The notes beneath the pieces are model-generated. The model did not search any database and was not told where the DNA came from. It saw only the letters and a program-made list of their open reading frames with translations. Position numbers and translations under genes: made by a program. A stretch of 64,000 bases of DNA, taken from assembly GCA_050506795.1 (NCBI GenBank), contig JBJHCF010000002.1:1-64000 (forward strand), in the 5' to 3' direction. Source of the stretch: Opitutia bacterium (GTDB lineage Bacteria > Verrucomicrobiota > Verrucomicrobiia > Opitutales > T3Sed10-336). Within the stretch, counting starts at the first letter, position 1. The number at the start of each line of letters is the position of its first letter. Below, one piece after another: positions 46,928-57,900 of the stretch.

Positions 46928-49395
46928 TTCGAGTCCAGACGCTCCAAATTCAGAATTTTCGCGGGGTGCGCGACCTGACCCTCAACCTCGATGGAAGAAA
47001 TTTTGGGATTTGCGGTCCCAACGGCACCGGCAAGAGCGGTGTTGTCGATGCAATCGAATTCTGTTTGACTGGCGATGTAACGCGTTTGTCAGGCCAAGGC
47101 ACTGCGGAGCTTTGTGTAAAGAACCATGCGCCCCACGTCGACCAGCGCACCCATCCTGGAAAGGCAAATGTCACCATCACCGGCGATATTCCTTCTCTCG
47201 GCAAAGTCGTAACTATTCACCGCTCGGTGAAGAATCCGAAGAAGGTGGAGATCAAACCGGCCGACCCGGCCATAAAGGCCGTTGTCACCCAACTGAAAGC
47301 CCATCCCGAATTCGCGCTCTCCCGCCGGGAGATCGTGAAATACATCATCACCCCGCCAGGTCAGCGCTCGATCGATGTCCAGACGCTATTGCGGCTGGAC
47401 CATATCGAGCGCCTGCGCAAGTCGTTCACAACCTTCAACAACAAACGCAAGGGCGAGGCGGATGAAGCGAAACGCAGTCGCATCAAAGCCGAGACGGACC
47501 TGAAAACCGCCCTGAAACTTGACAAGCTGGACTGCGGGTGTGTCCTCGAAAAGGTCAACGAGAAGCGGAAGATTCTCAGCCTGCCGGAACTGACCGAGCT
47601 GACCAAAAACACCTCCTTAAAGGCCGGCGTCGCTGTGCCTCAGGAAACGAACAAGAAACCGCCCCTTCGCAAGGCTGTCGCGCAGGCCGATCTCAATGCC
47701 CTTCAGACCGCGCTACAAGGCGGCGAACCGACCACGCTCGCTGACAGCCGTCAGGCGACCAAGGACGCTCTCGAAAAACTCCGGGACGATGATGAAGCCC
47801 TGACACTCGCTCGACGTCACGGCTTCATCAAGACCGGTCTTGATCTGATCACCGAAGACGCCTGCCCGCTATGCGATACACCGTGGAAGGCGGACAATCT
47901 ACGCGAGTACCTGCGCCAGAAAATTCTCAGCGCCGAAGAAACCGAAAAGCTTCTCGACACTCTTCGGACCGATATTAACGCCATTTTGGAAACCCTTGCC
48001 GAACGCATCCAGGCCGTTGCGCGCGTCATCCAGTACAGCAAGAGCCTGGAACCACCTGTGCCGAAAACCGAGACGGAAACCTACCTCAAAGAGTTGCAGG
48101 ACGCGGAAACCGCGCTCAAGGAATTTCTTGAAAATCACAGCCGGATTGCCCCCGCAATCACGGCTGTAACCAACTCGTGGTGGTCGCCGGCAGTGCCGCA
48201 GCGTGCACGGATCGATGAATGCCAGGCAGCGGTAAACGCCTTACCCGATACCTCGGCCGCCGACGAGGCGCACGACATACTCAGTGTCGCGCAGGACCGC
48301 TATGAGCGGCTGTTGGAGGCTACGCAGGCGGCAAGAAAGGGCGAGGAGCAGAGCGCTATCGCGCAAAAGGTGCTGGACCACTACAACACAAGCGCCACCG
48401 GAGTCTTGGAAGCGATTTACGACCAAGTCGCCACGGAATTTTCGACCTTCTACCGTGCCATCAATCGCGAGGACGAGGAAAAGTTTGTCGGCAAGTTGAC
48501 GTCCGAGCCGTCCAAGCTGTGCTTTGACGTAGATTTTTACGGCCGCGGCCTTTTTCCACCGGGTGCCTATCACAGCGAAGGTCATCAGGACGCCATGGGG
48601 CTGTGCCTTTACCTGGCTCTGATGAAACACACTCTCGGAGACAAGTTCACTTTTACAGTTCTCGACGATGTACTCATGTCGGTCGATACAGGCCACCGGC
48701 GGGAGGTTTGCCGACTTCTAAAGAAGGAATTTCCCAGCACCCAGTTTGTCCTTACCACCCATGATCGCGTTTGGCTCCGATACATGAAGACCGAAAACCT
48801 AATTTCTCGGAGCCAATCTTCCGGCGGGTGGACGGTCGATTCCGGTCCGCGCGTGTGGGATGACCACGACGTTTGGACAGAAATTCAAGGGGAACTGGTT
48901 AAGGAGAATGTCGCGCAAGCCGCCTGGCTCTTGCGCCGCTATCTCGAATATACAGCCTTCATCCTCGCCGATAACCTCCGTACCCGCATAGAGTTCCGGG
49001 GCGACGGCGTCTATGATCTGTCAGACCTTATGCCTCACGTTTTTAAGAGTTGGCGCAAATGGCTTGAAGACGGTGAGAAATCGGCGATAACGTGGAAACT
49101 CAATGAACAAAAAACCGCTCTTTCCGCAATGCGGGCCAAGGCTAAAGAGCTGGTTGCCAAAACGAATACGGAGCAGTGGGCCATCAACCCGTCCGTTCAT
49201 TTCAACGAATGGACCAATCTGCAGGCCCCTGAATTTCAGGAAGTGGTCGATGCCTTCAAAGCTCTTCTGGAATACCTCCGTTGCGAGAATCCGGCGTGTA
49301 ACTCATACCTCTATATCTCGCCGCGCAAGGGTCAACCTGAGGAACTGCGCTGCAATTGTGGAAAGATCTCAATTAACCTTAAACGTGCGCCCTAG
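46924..49395 (+). CDS. Rad50/SMC-like ABC ATPase with zinc hook and C-terminal extension (RloC-like layout)
   Basis: IQNFRG, GPNGTGKS, coiled coil with central CPLC, HSEGH, VLDD..SVD, TTHD; tail LRRYLE...NPSVH...CENPAC...CNC. Confidence 0.82.
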   Translation: MIRVQTLQIQNFRGVRDLTLNLDGRNFGICGPNGTGKSGVVDAIEFCLTGDVTRLSGQGTAELCVKNHAPHVDQRTHPGKANVTITGDIPSLGKVVTIHRSVKNPKKVEIKPADPAIKAVVTQLKAHPEFALSRREIVKYIITPPGQRSIDVQTLLRLDHIERLRKSFTTFNNKRKGEADEAKRSRIKAETDLKTALKLDKLDCGCVLEKVNEKRKILSLPELTELTKNTSLKAGVAVPQETNKKPPLRKAVAQADLNALQTALQGGEPTTLADSRQATKDALEKLRDDDEALTLARRHGFIKTGLDLITEDACPLCDTPWKADNLREYLRQKILSAEETEKLLDTLRTDINAILETLAERIQAVARVIQYSKSLEPPVPKTETETYLKELQDAETALKEFLENHSRIAPAITAVTNSWWSPAVPQRARIDECQAAVNALPDTSAADEAHDILSVAQDRYERLLEATQAARKGEEQSAIAQKVLDHYNTSATGVLEAIYDQVATEFSTFYRAINREDEEKFVGKLTSEPSKLCFDVDFYGRGLFPPGAYHSEGHQDAMGLCLYLALMKHTLGDKFTFTVLDDVLMSVDTGHRREVCRLLKKEFPSTQFVLTTHDRVWLRYMKTENLISRSQSSGGWTVDSGPRVWDDHDVWTEIQGELVKENVAQAAWLLRRYLEYTAFILADNLRTRIEFRGDGVYDLSDLMPHVFKSWRKWLEDGEKSAITWKLNEQKTALSAMRAKAKELVAKTNTEQWAINPSVHFNEWTNLQAPEFQEVVDAFKALLEYLRCENPACNSYLYISPRKGQPEELRCNCGKISINLKRAP

Positions 49396-49663
49396 ATAGG
49401 AAAGGATGGCATATATATCCCACCTGGGGCAAACCAGACGTGTTTCAGTCTTCCCTTCCACGCCTGTCACCGTAGCGACCCTTTCCGGTTTCGACCTGTA
49501 AGCGCGGCACGCAATTCAATGGCTGATCTGATCCCTCTCAGCGGAACGACACCCTGTCCCGCCGTAGGCCACAGGGAGTAGGCGGATCGGTAGCTTCTGT
49601 ATGGTTCTTACTTTGAGACCTCCGGATTTTCACCTGACAAGAAGCGCATACCTTCGCTTGGCG

Positions 49664-49737
49664 CAACAACGTCAAACTGAGGAACGGAATGAAGCTCGGA
49701 GCGAGTAACGGAGTCGTCCTCCCTGACTCTTTCGATC
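49664..49737 (-). other. Degenerate attC-like element immediately after the TIR gene stop
   Basis: Minus strand tcgaaaGAGTCAggGAGGA...TCCTCagttTGACGTT: GTCA/TGAC and GAGGA/TCCTC pair and a terminal GTT is present. The left AAC reads AAA. Confidence 0.4.
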
Positions 49738-49738
49738 T

Positions 49739-50833
49739 TTATATTAACGGAGTTGCAGAAGTCCAATGACTCTCAAAGGAATCTACAAGCTCTCGGCCAA
49801 AATCCGCATTAGAGTTCAATACGCTAAACGGTGCCTTTGTCAGTTTCTTAGCTCTACCATTATGATCAAGAGTAACTGGCGAATATATCACGGCGTCATC
49901 TGCAATCATGCATGTCACCGTTCGCTGGATATTATAAAGCCTGATGTGTTCACTTGGATCCAATCCTGCACCTTTTAGGACTCTTTTTGCTTTGGATAGG
50001 CATTCTCCTATCTGCTCCCTGAGGTCATTATCCTGATGGGCACAGTCAATAACCCAATCTGGCGAATCTGGAGACAAAAAAAGCACTCTGAAGTCAAATC
50101 CACACTCTTTCTTCTTTTTCATTTCCTTGAAGAATTCCCAATGCTCTTTGTCGAACAGTTTTCGATTCTTTCTCCCAAAAATGAATAACCTTTCTGAGGC
50201 AATATCTGTTAGAGTTGTGTATAGTCCATGGCTTTCGAAACCGCTCTTGAAGTAAGCTTGGCTGCCCATAACCGGATTGGGCAGTCCATAAGCAGCAAAT
50301 GCCTTAATCACGCTTGCAACTTTTGATCTAGTTCCCGGAATTTCGATACTAGATATCTCCTGCACTTTGGCTTCCAGGGCTGGCCAATTTTTCTCAAACG
50401 CATCATGCAGAATTTCTTTTGGAATAGCTATTTCTCCAAGCTCAACATTTAATGCCTGCAAGAGCTTCAAAACATCTTCCTTTTCGAGTACGGTAGATTG
50501 AAACTGAGTCAATGGGCCGCTCACCTCACTCGGATACATTCCTAGCAACACAGGGCAGACTTTAGAGCTACCGAGGGCTTTGGACAATGCACCCGCCTCA
50601 AACAATAGCCATGATGCCTTGTAGTTCTCAGGTGTGACGCATATTATTCCAATATCGTGCTTCTGTAAGCTCTCGCCGATTTCCGAAGACCAACGCTTTC
50701 CTTTCTCGATGTCGTTAGATGACATCCATGGGTTCGACAATTGTATGACCTGCTGGAGCCACCGCGAAAGGTACTCAGCAAGAGCTTGGCTACGTTTGCC
50801 AGACCAGCTAAGGAATATGTTGATTTTGCTCAT
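49739..50833 (-). CDS. TIR-domain protein with a C-terminal PLD-like (DUF5919-like) domain
   Basis: IFLSWSG...DIEKGKRW...IICVTPEN..WLLFEAGAL with catalytic Glu; tail FRVLFLSPDS...IRLY...IADD...P.....FESHW. AT-rich gene. Confidence 0.82.
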   Translation of the reverse strand: MSKINIFLSWSGKRSQALAEYLSRWLQQVIQLSNPWMSSNDIEKGKRWSSEIGESLQKHDIGIICVTPENYKASWLLFEAGALSKALGSSKVCPVLLGMYPSEVSGPLTQFQSTVLEKEDVLKLLQALNVELGEIAIPKEILHDAFEKNWPALEAKVQEISSIEIPGTRSKVASVIKAFAAYGLPNPVMGSQAYFKSGFESHGLYTTLTDIASERLFIFGRKNRKLFDKEHWEFFKEMKKKKECGFDFRVLFLSPDSPDWVIDCAHQDNDLREQIGECLSKAKRVLKGAGLDPSEHIRLYNIQRTVTCMIADDAVIYSPVTLDHNGRAKKLTKAPFSVLNSNADFGRELVDSFESHWTSATPLI

Positions 50834-51916
50834 TTATATTTTTGTGGAACGTATTAATAAAACAAAGGATTTTCATGATATGACGGAGGGTGTTTCCGTC
50901 AAAAGGCAAAAGCTCTTTAGGTTTCACAGGTGATCTCTGCTGATGGGGGTTCGTGGAAAAAATCACTGGTGTCGATGATCTGGGTTGACTTGCGGGCGTT
51001 GAATTATTCTCGGCATAAACGGCAATACCCCCAATTGTCGAGCCAGAAATGCTCACCGCGTGCAGCAATTTCCCGATGGAACGAATATCCTTAAGCATGA
51101 AACCGACGATCTCCGACGGCAGGATTTCCTCAATTCACCATGGAGAAGATTGACCACAGGGGCAGGACATTCCCCGCTCCTTGGTCCGCTTGGCTCACAG
51201 GATAGGACGCCTCCTGACGAAGCACCCGCCAGCGACTCCACGTTCTGGTTCCCCTGATGTTGCAAAAATCGCAGAAGTTCGGCTGGCAAGGCGGACCCAA
51301 AACCGGCGCAGGGATAGTACTTAAGTACGTGAGCGAGCCGGTTGCAGGGCCAACACCGCAAGGCGGGCTTGTGCGATTTAGCGTTGTGGCAAACCTAATT
51401 CAAAATGATGTTCTGGAAGCAGGAAACCTAAAGAGCTCTTGCCGCAACGCGTTTGCAATATTGGGGGTGATCTGGGCCTTTTTCGCCAGCAAAGCGGATT
51501 CCGCCAGCGATTTGGAATCCGATGGTCCCCAGCGGAGGGCGTTGGACGCCCGGCCTACCCCTAAACCGGACGTCCTTTAGTTACCCCAAAACTCCCGTTT
51601 CCGGGAGGATCGGCATTCGAATCCGTGAACATGGAGGGATCAAGAAGATTTTGCCTAAAAATGTGCTTCACCCCGCGGATATTCAAGAATGTTGGGGGTT
51701 AATTCCGTTCTCGCGAATCCTGGACCAATTCGGACAAGAACGCCAATGCAACCCCAGCGGCCCACCAGACTATCCCTGACAGCGCAATCACGACCACCCA
51801 TAAGAATCCTTCTCCGGGCATCACCTTCCCAAAAAACGTCACTATAACCACAGCCAGGCACTAGACATCGGAACATTTCGTCGTAACTATTATTTCACCC
51901 ATTCCTTTGGCACCCG

Positions 51917-54900
51917 TTATGGGCTAGGGAAAAGGACGGACTCCCCAGTGAGGCGAACGCGAATACGAAAGAATAGGCTGTCCGCTTCCTTGAACCAAGG
52001 CGGAATAATACCCTGCGGATCATCGTTCCATGTAATCGTTACCGTCTCGGTTCGACCGTCTGGGTTGGGGTCGATTGTTATCACTCGGCTGGGTACTGGC
52101 TCCCACCACTCGCCAAGAGACTCCGCAACATCTAGGGAATAGACGAGACCGTCATGGTGAACGGGCCGTGTGAATCGAATCAAAGGGCCTGCTTCTAAAG
52201 GATGATCCATTTCGCCACGCAGAGTCCCAAACGCCATCGCTTCGGGGAGGTGCCTCTGACTCGGCACGCTCCCGTCCATGGCGAACGCGGCGTAATGCAG
52301 ATTGGACAACCTGGAATCGTCACGGACGGACAGCGGGCCACTGACAGAAATGTCCATCCATTCCTGTTCGTCGATGTTCTCAACAACCCAGTCGTTATAG
52401 GGATGATCGTAAATCGGAATCACGGCCTCACTCTGGCTTCCACTCAAAAAGGATTCCTCGCCTTCCAGGGAATACACGATCGTCCGTGGACTGCTTATCG
52501 CTTCCGAAGCTACTGGCGTAAGGGTAACGAACTTCGAAGCTTCGCCGGAATTGAAATCGCTCATTTCTCCGCTTAGGGAGTAATCGCTTCCCTGTTCTGC
52601 ATCGCCCGAGACATCGACGGTAACCGAAAGAGCGTCATCAAGGAGCCCGGAACGGGCCATTACAACGCGTGTAGGCAAACCGTTCACCTTGCTGAGATAA
52701 CCCGGCCATGTCGTCGAAATCGAGACCATAGGCTTGTCCAACGGCAAGCTGGCGGTTTCGGATAGACCATAGGCGCCCATGTTGGGGCGCGTTCCATCCG
52801 GCCGCGGAGCACCAGCGGCGATAAGGGGACTATGTTCCTCATCGACGACCCAATCTCCCAAACCCGGGTCCCAGCGCCCCACGTGAGACTGGAGACGAAA
52901 GTCGCCGCTATCAGCGTCCGCAAAGAACGGGTCGAAGGCAGTGTTGCCATTCTCACCATAAGGAATCCGTTCATTTCCGCGAACATCAAGTCGATTGTTC
53001 CAGAAGTTATTAAAACGAACATCAAGTCCATTGATGACCATCAGCGCTTGCTCCTCAGGATAGCCGTGAGCCGGGATATTCGAGCTGGTCCGGTTTTGAC
53101 TGACTATATTATTGAGAAAAACGCCTCCATCAGAATGGCCGCGTCCATCATAGGCGACCAACACCGGATAGTCAGGAGATTGATTTCCATGGATAACGCA
53201 ATGCTCGATCCGGAATAGATTGCCGCGACTGATAAATACTCCACCTCCTTCTACCCCAGAAATATTGGCAACGATGAGATTGCCATTCAACACGGTCTCT
53301 CTCCAACCACTCGCCATCAAGCTCACTCCTCCGCCTCTGGGCGCCGCGTTTCGTTCAATTCTATTTCCATCAATGACAAGTCCTGCGATTGGCCCCTCCA
53401 CCTGCGAGAAAATCCCGCCCCCCTCGTCTTCGGCTGTGTTGGCGTAGATCACGTTGTTGGAGAGCAAAGCTTCACTGTCGATCAGATAAAGATGAACGCC
53501 TCCGCCTCGACCGGCGGCGAAATTACCGCTAATTTGATTTTGTTGAATCAGTAGCTTATCTTGCGAGCTTCCCTGGATCCGTCGCGCATAAATTCCCCCT
53601 CCTTCTCCGCTGGAATTGCCAAGAATTCGATTGTATTCAATAATGGGAGCCGAATTCTGGATTTCAATTCCAGAACCGCCTGTAGCGTATCGTATTGTAA
53701 ACCCGCGGACTTGCGTCCTATTGTCCTCTCCGTCTGCAATCCTTACAGCCGGACCCGAGTTCTCGCCTCCCGCTCGCCAAGCATCCAGAACTGTCGAGAT
53801 CACCGTATCCGAGTCCATTGGATCTGTGCCGGTCAAAATAACTGGCTTCCCGGAAGTATCGATCGTTTCAAAATAAACACCCGGTTCCACCAAAATTTTT
53901 GAGCTCTCCTCGGCTGAAGCCGCATCAATGGCATTTTGAATTGAATCAAACCGATCTTGCCCCCACCCAGGTGATTCCGGGTCGAAATCAAGACTGACCC
54001 TAAGAAGCGGTCCAACTTTCACCGTTGCGTCCAAACTGGAAACCATGCCCTCTTCATTCGCAATTTCTACACTATAGTTGCCGGCATCATCTGCCAACAT
54101 ACCTTCGACCACTAGGACATTTGTTTGCGCTCCGCTTTTACGCTCATCGTGATCAATAGGGTCATCGTTAAAAAACCATTGATAATCCAGATCGCCGCCC
54201 AACGGATCGATTGCCTCCACGATAAGCTCAATGCGTTCTCCTTCAAAAACCGATATTGACCGTGGCTGCCGGGTAATGAACGGAAAGTGCGTAATGACAG
54301 AAACTACAGCTCCATGGTCGCCAACCGCAATAAGTTGGTTTTCGTGATGGTACATGTTCCAAATCCATTCAGGAGGAGATGATGGAAAAGATGTGACCTG
54401 ATCCCAGTTGATACCGTCTGGAGAGACATACGCTGCAACGGGCCAACCACGACTTGACTGTCTGCCGGTGGCAATGTAGCCAACAGGAGACGAACAAATC
54501 GCCGATGGGATGAAACCTCGATCCACTTCAACGTAGCTCCATTTTTCTCCGTTCTTTGAATGAAGAACCAGAGGAAGCATATATTCGTCCACCCTCTCAT
54601 TGTACCCGAACACTAGGAATCCGTTCGTTCCGTGGATTACCCCTACCAAGTTCCCTTCGAAATGATGCGGTTCATATTCTACTGGAGGATTCGGAAGGGG
54701 CGATGTTTCCCACGAAAATGGATTCGATGCGTAGATAATACGGCCTTCTTGGCCCAGACCAAAGTGTTGTTCGAAGTGCTGACCGGATGCAACAGCGACA
54801 AACCGTCCGTTCCCGTAGGTAACGTCTCGGAAGTCCGAAACCCACCACTCGTTATGCATTTGAGGAGGCACCTCAACTCGCTGCCAATTCACGCCATTGG

Positions 54901-57900
54901 TTGAAACGGCGAGATAGTCTTCATGGCCCACCGCAACAAAATAGCCATCACCAAAGGTGATCGCGTTAATCCGCTTCCAGGTACCGGAGTCCTGCTCCGT
55001 CCATTCGATCCCGTCATCGGACGTCAACACAGTGCCCTGATGCCCTACAGCCACGAATGTGTCGTTTCCGTAGGCTACCCCGTACAGTCGCTCCTCACTA
55101 GTCGTCTCACGAACGGTCCAATGCTCCAGATCCGGGGATGATATAATGACGTTCTCCTTGGGCGCATTTGGATCGGAAAATTCGGAGGGGGGCCACCGGT
55201 ACCCACCACCTACCGCTACGTAAACCTCGCCATTGTAGGCGATGTCGCTCAACGGATCCGTGGTGGCCGCTGCTTCTCCGGACATTTTAGAAGGAACTTC
55301 TCCGCTCAGCAATGCCCCCGCATAGCCAGAGGCGATGAACCTATCTTTGAAATAGGCAATAGACCGTATCCCTTCCCAATGCCCTTCCAGCTCAAACCAC
55401 TGCCACTCCTCAGTATCATCTGAGATCAGCACCCTGGCGAAGCTATCCGAAAACGCAAACCCAGGATAAATTACCACCCAGGTACCATCGGCGAAAATCA
55501 CGTCGGATAGGAACATTCCTGCTTCCTCGTACTGGATTTCCCAACTAAATCCATCCAACGAGACAGCAACCGTACCTTCAGTACCCACGCCAACAAAAAT
55601 ACCTTCGTTTCTTGAAATCGCATAGAGCGGGACGTCCGGTGCCTCCGTCACCTCATCCCATGACTCCCCGAAGTCTGTCGAGATCATTATCTTGTTTTCC
55701 ACCATTCCACCGATCCCCTCAAGAGACACAAGGAATCGTCCATCGCCCCCATACACAACGTCCAAGACATGTTGCCGTCCGTCTACCGCTTCAAGTTCCA
55801 GCCGCTCCCAGGTGCTTCCATCTGAGGAACGAAAAACCACAATATCCTGGCGATTCTCAGAATAATTGTAATAATCGTACACTGCAACCCAAATTCCGTC
55901 GCCGTAAGCGATACCAAAACTGTGGCCCCTATCATCCTCATCAAGCACCGTCGTCCAGGTTAGGCCATCGGCACTTGAAAGAACATAGCCGGCACCTCCG
56001 ATCATCACTCGGCCGTCACCCGCTGCCGCCGCACGGATCGCCTCCTGCATACCGATATCAACGAAATCCCAGGATGCTCCATCCTCCGAACGCAAAACCG
56101 TTCCCTGAAATCCGACGGCCAGAATAAAATCGTCACCCACAGCAAAGTCAGTCAAATGGTTCCCTTGAGGTAATGGATTCTTCCACTTCCAATTTAACCA
56201 AGTTGCAACAGGTGGCACATTGACTTCGAAGCTACCAATTTTTGTATCTTCTATAAACTTACCGGCTATATTGCCTATTTGTCCTCCGCGTAACTTAATT
56301 GAGTAAATACCATTGTCTTGATTGCTCCAGGTATTACCTGGTCCCCAAACCTCGTAGATCACAGCGCGGAGCGAACTATCGACGGGGTCGTCGCTCGATA
56401 CATAATCAGCAAATGCTTCAAATCCACCCGGCCCAGTAACATAGATTGCGTCACTATTTTCAATGAATGTTGAAACGTCTAATCCAATATCATCCAGATA
56501 GTTTACAATTATCGTGTGTGGCACTGAAGATCGTTCAAAGACATCGCCGCTAATTGCATTCGCCATTGGCGCAACTAACATTTGTTGGCCTTCCACACTA
56601 ACATTTGTGCCTCCCGCCTGAAAAGCTTCAACAATTTCTTTTGTTAGCAAATCTGAACTCATATCCAGATAATTCCCTTCCAGGCTGAGCTCGTCTAAAT
56701 TTCCGATGCTCGCTAGTATCTCCAACCCAGAAAGGTCAAACACTCGGTTGTTCTTCAGTGAAAGATCTACCAATTCAATCAAAGCCCCTAAAGGAGTCAG
56801 ATCATTTATTTGATTAGAATCGAGAAGCAAAGTTTCTAAGTTCACCGCATGTTCAAGCCCATCTAACCTTTGTATTCCCTTATTCTTTGCGTTAAGACTT
56901 CTAATGGACTCCATATCCATTGCCGTAATCATATGACCGCTCCAGAACCCAAGCTCCCCAAGAACGGCTGCTCGCAGGTTTTCATCCGCAAACATTATCT
57001 CAAATAAACCCTCAAAAACTAAAACCATATCTTGTGACTCAAACCTATGCCACTCTTCATTAATCAAATCGAACACAGACAACTCTCCCGCTGGAAGCTC
57101 TACCACCCCATCAGGAGACTCGCGACTCAATGTAAACCAAACGCCTTGGTCTTCGTCTTCTAGCAAATCAAGATCAAAAATAAGTCTATCATCATTCAGT
57201 GCACCTGACCCACTTTCCTTTACAATTAAGCCAGCAGGTATCTTCTGAACAAATCTTCCCGACATTGTTGTACCAAATGGGTTTTTCAGGTTCACTTGTA
57301 TTTCGTACTCCCTACCATTCGGTAACATCCGTTTTCGTATTTGCAATGGATTCGGAATACGCACTGCATCAACAATCTCATCGTATTCAATTTCTTCACC
57401 AGAAGCACCATCGATATACACCGTATTGAATTGCGTTTTCGTTGAGTCAGCAAGCGTTAGGATATCTTTCTCAGCAATAAGCTGCAGATCAATTGGTCCT
57501 AATGGTATTTCGCCATTTCCTTGATCTACAAAATGTAATTTTTTTATGTGTGATTCTCCGGGTTCAAGTTGAATCGGATCTGCCGATATAGGCGTTTTCA
57601 TTTTATATTCTCGCCCAACAATTGAGATCCCTTTGGTCCGATACGAATGCATATACGACCCATGTACTGAAAACACTGCAGAAGTTTCGCCGGTATTGGT
57701 GACCAAGATCTCCAGAAATCCCTCTTTTTCTACGAAAACATTCTTCAGAAACCCAATGTCTATTCTCGGGGATAGCACTATCGTTGGAGATACTGTCATC
57801 TCACCTTTGGGAATTACAATCGCGCCCGGATCCTCAACCGAATCAAAAACCCGCTGAATGTTCTCCGCAATACCCAATACTGCCGACGTCGCATGTTTTA

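Noticed and set aside
46727..49395. Calling the SMC-like pair Lamassu, Wadjet or SbcCD
   Set aside because: No LmuA-type effector, JetABD or SbcD gene is adjacent, and the ATPase has its own C-terminal extension.
49739..50833. Calling the TIR gene Thoeris or CBASS
   Set aside because: No ThsA (SIR2/Macro) or cyclase partner in the window.
50834..51916. 1.1-kb gap upstream of the TIR gene: short ORFs, palindrome GTACTTAAGTAC (51317-51328), possible ncRNA or decayed HTH gene
   Set aside because: No convincing motif or extended structure; a single 12-bp palindrome is too weak alone.
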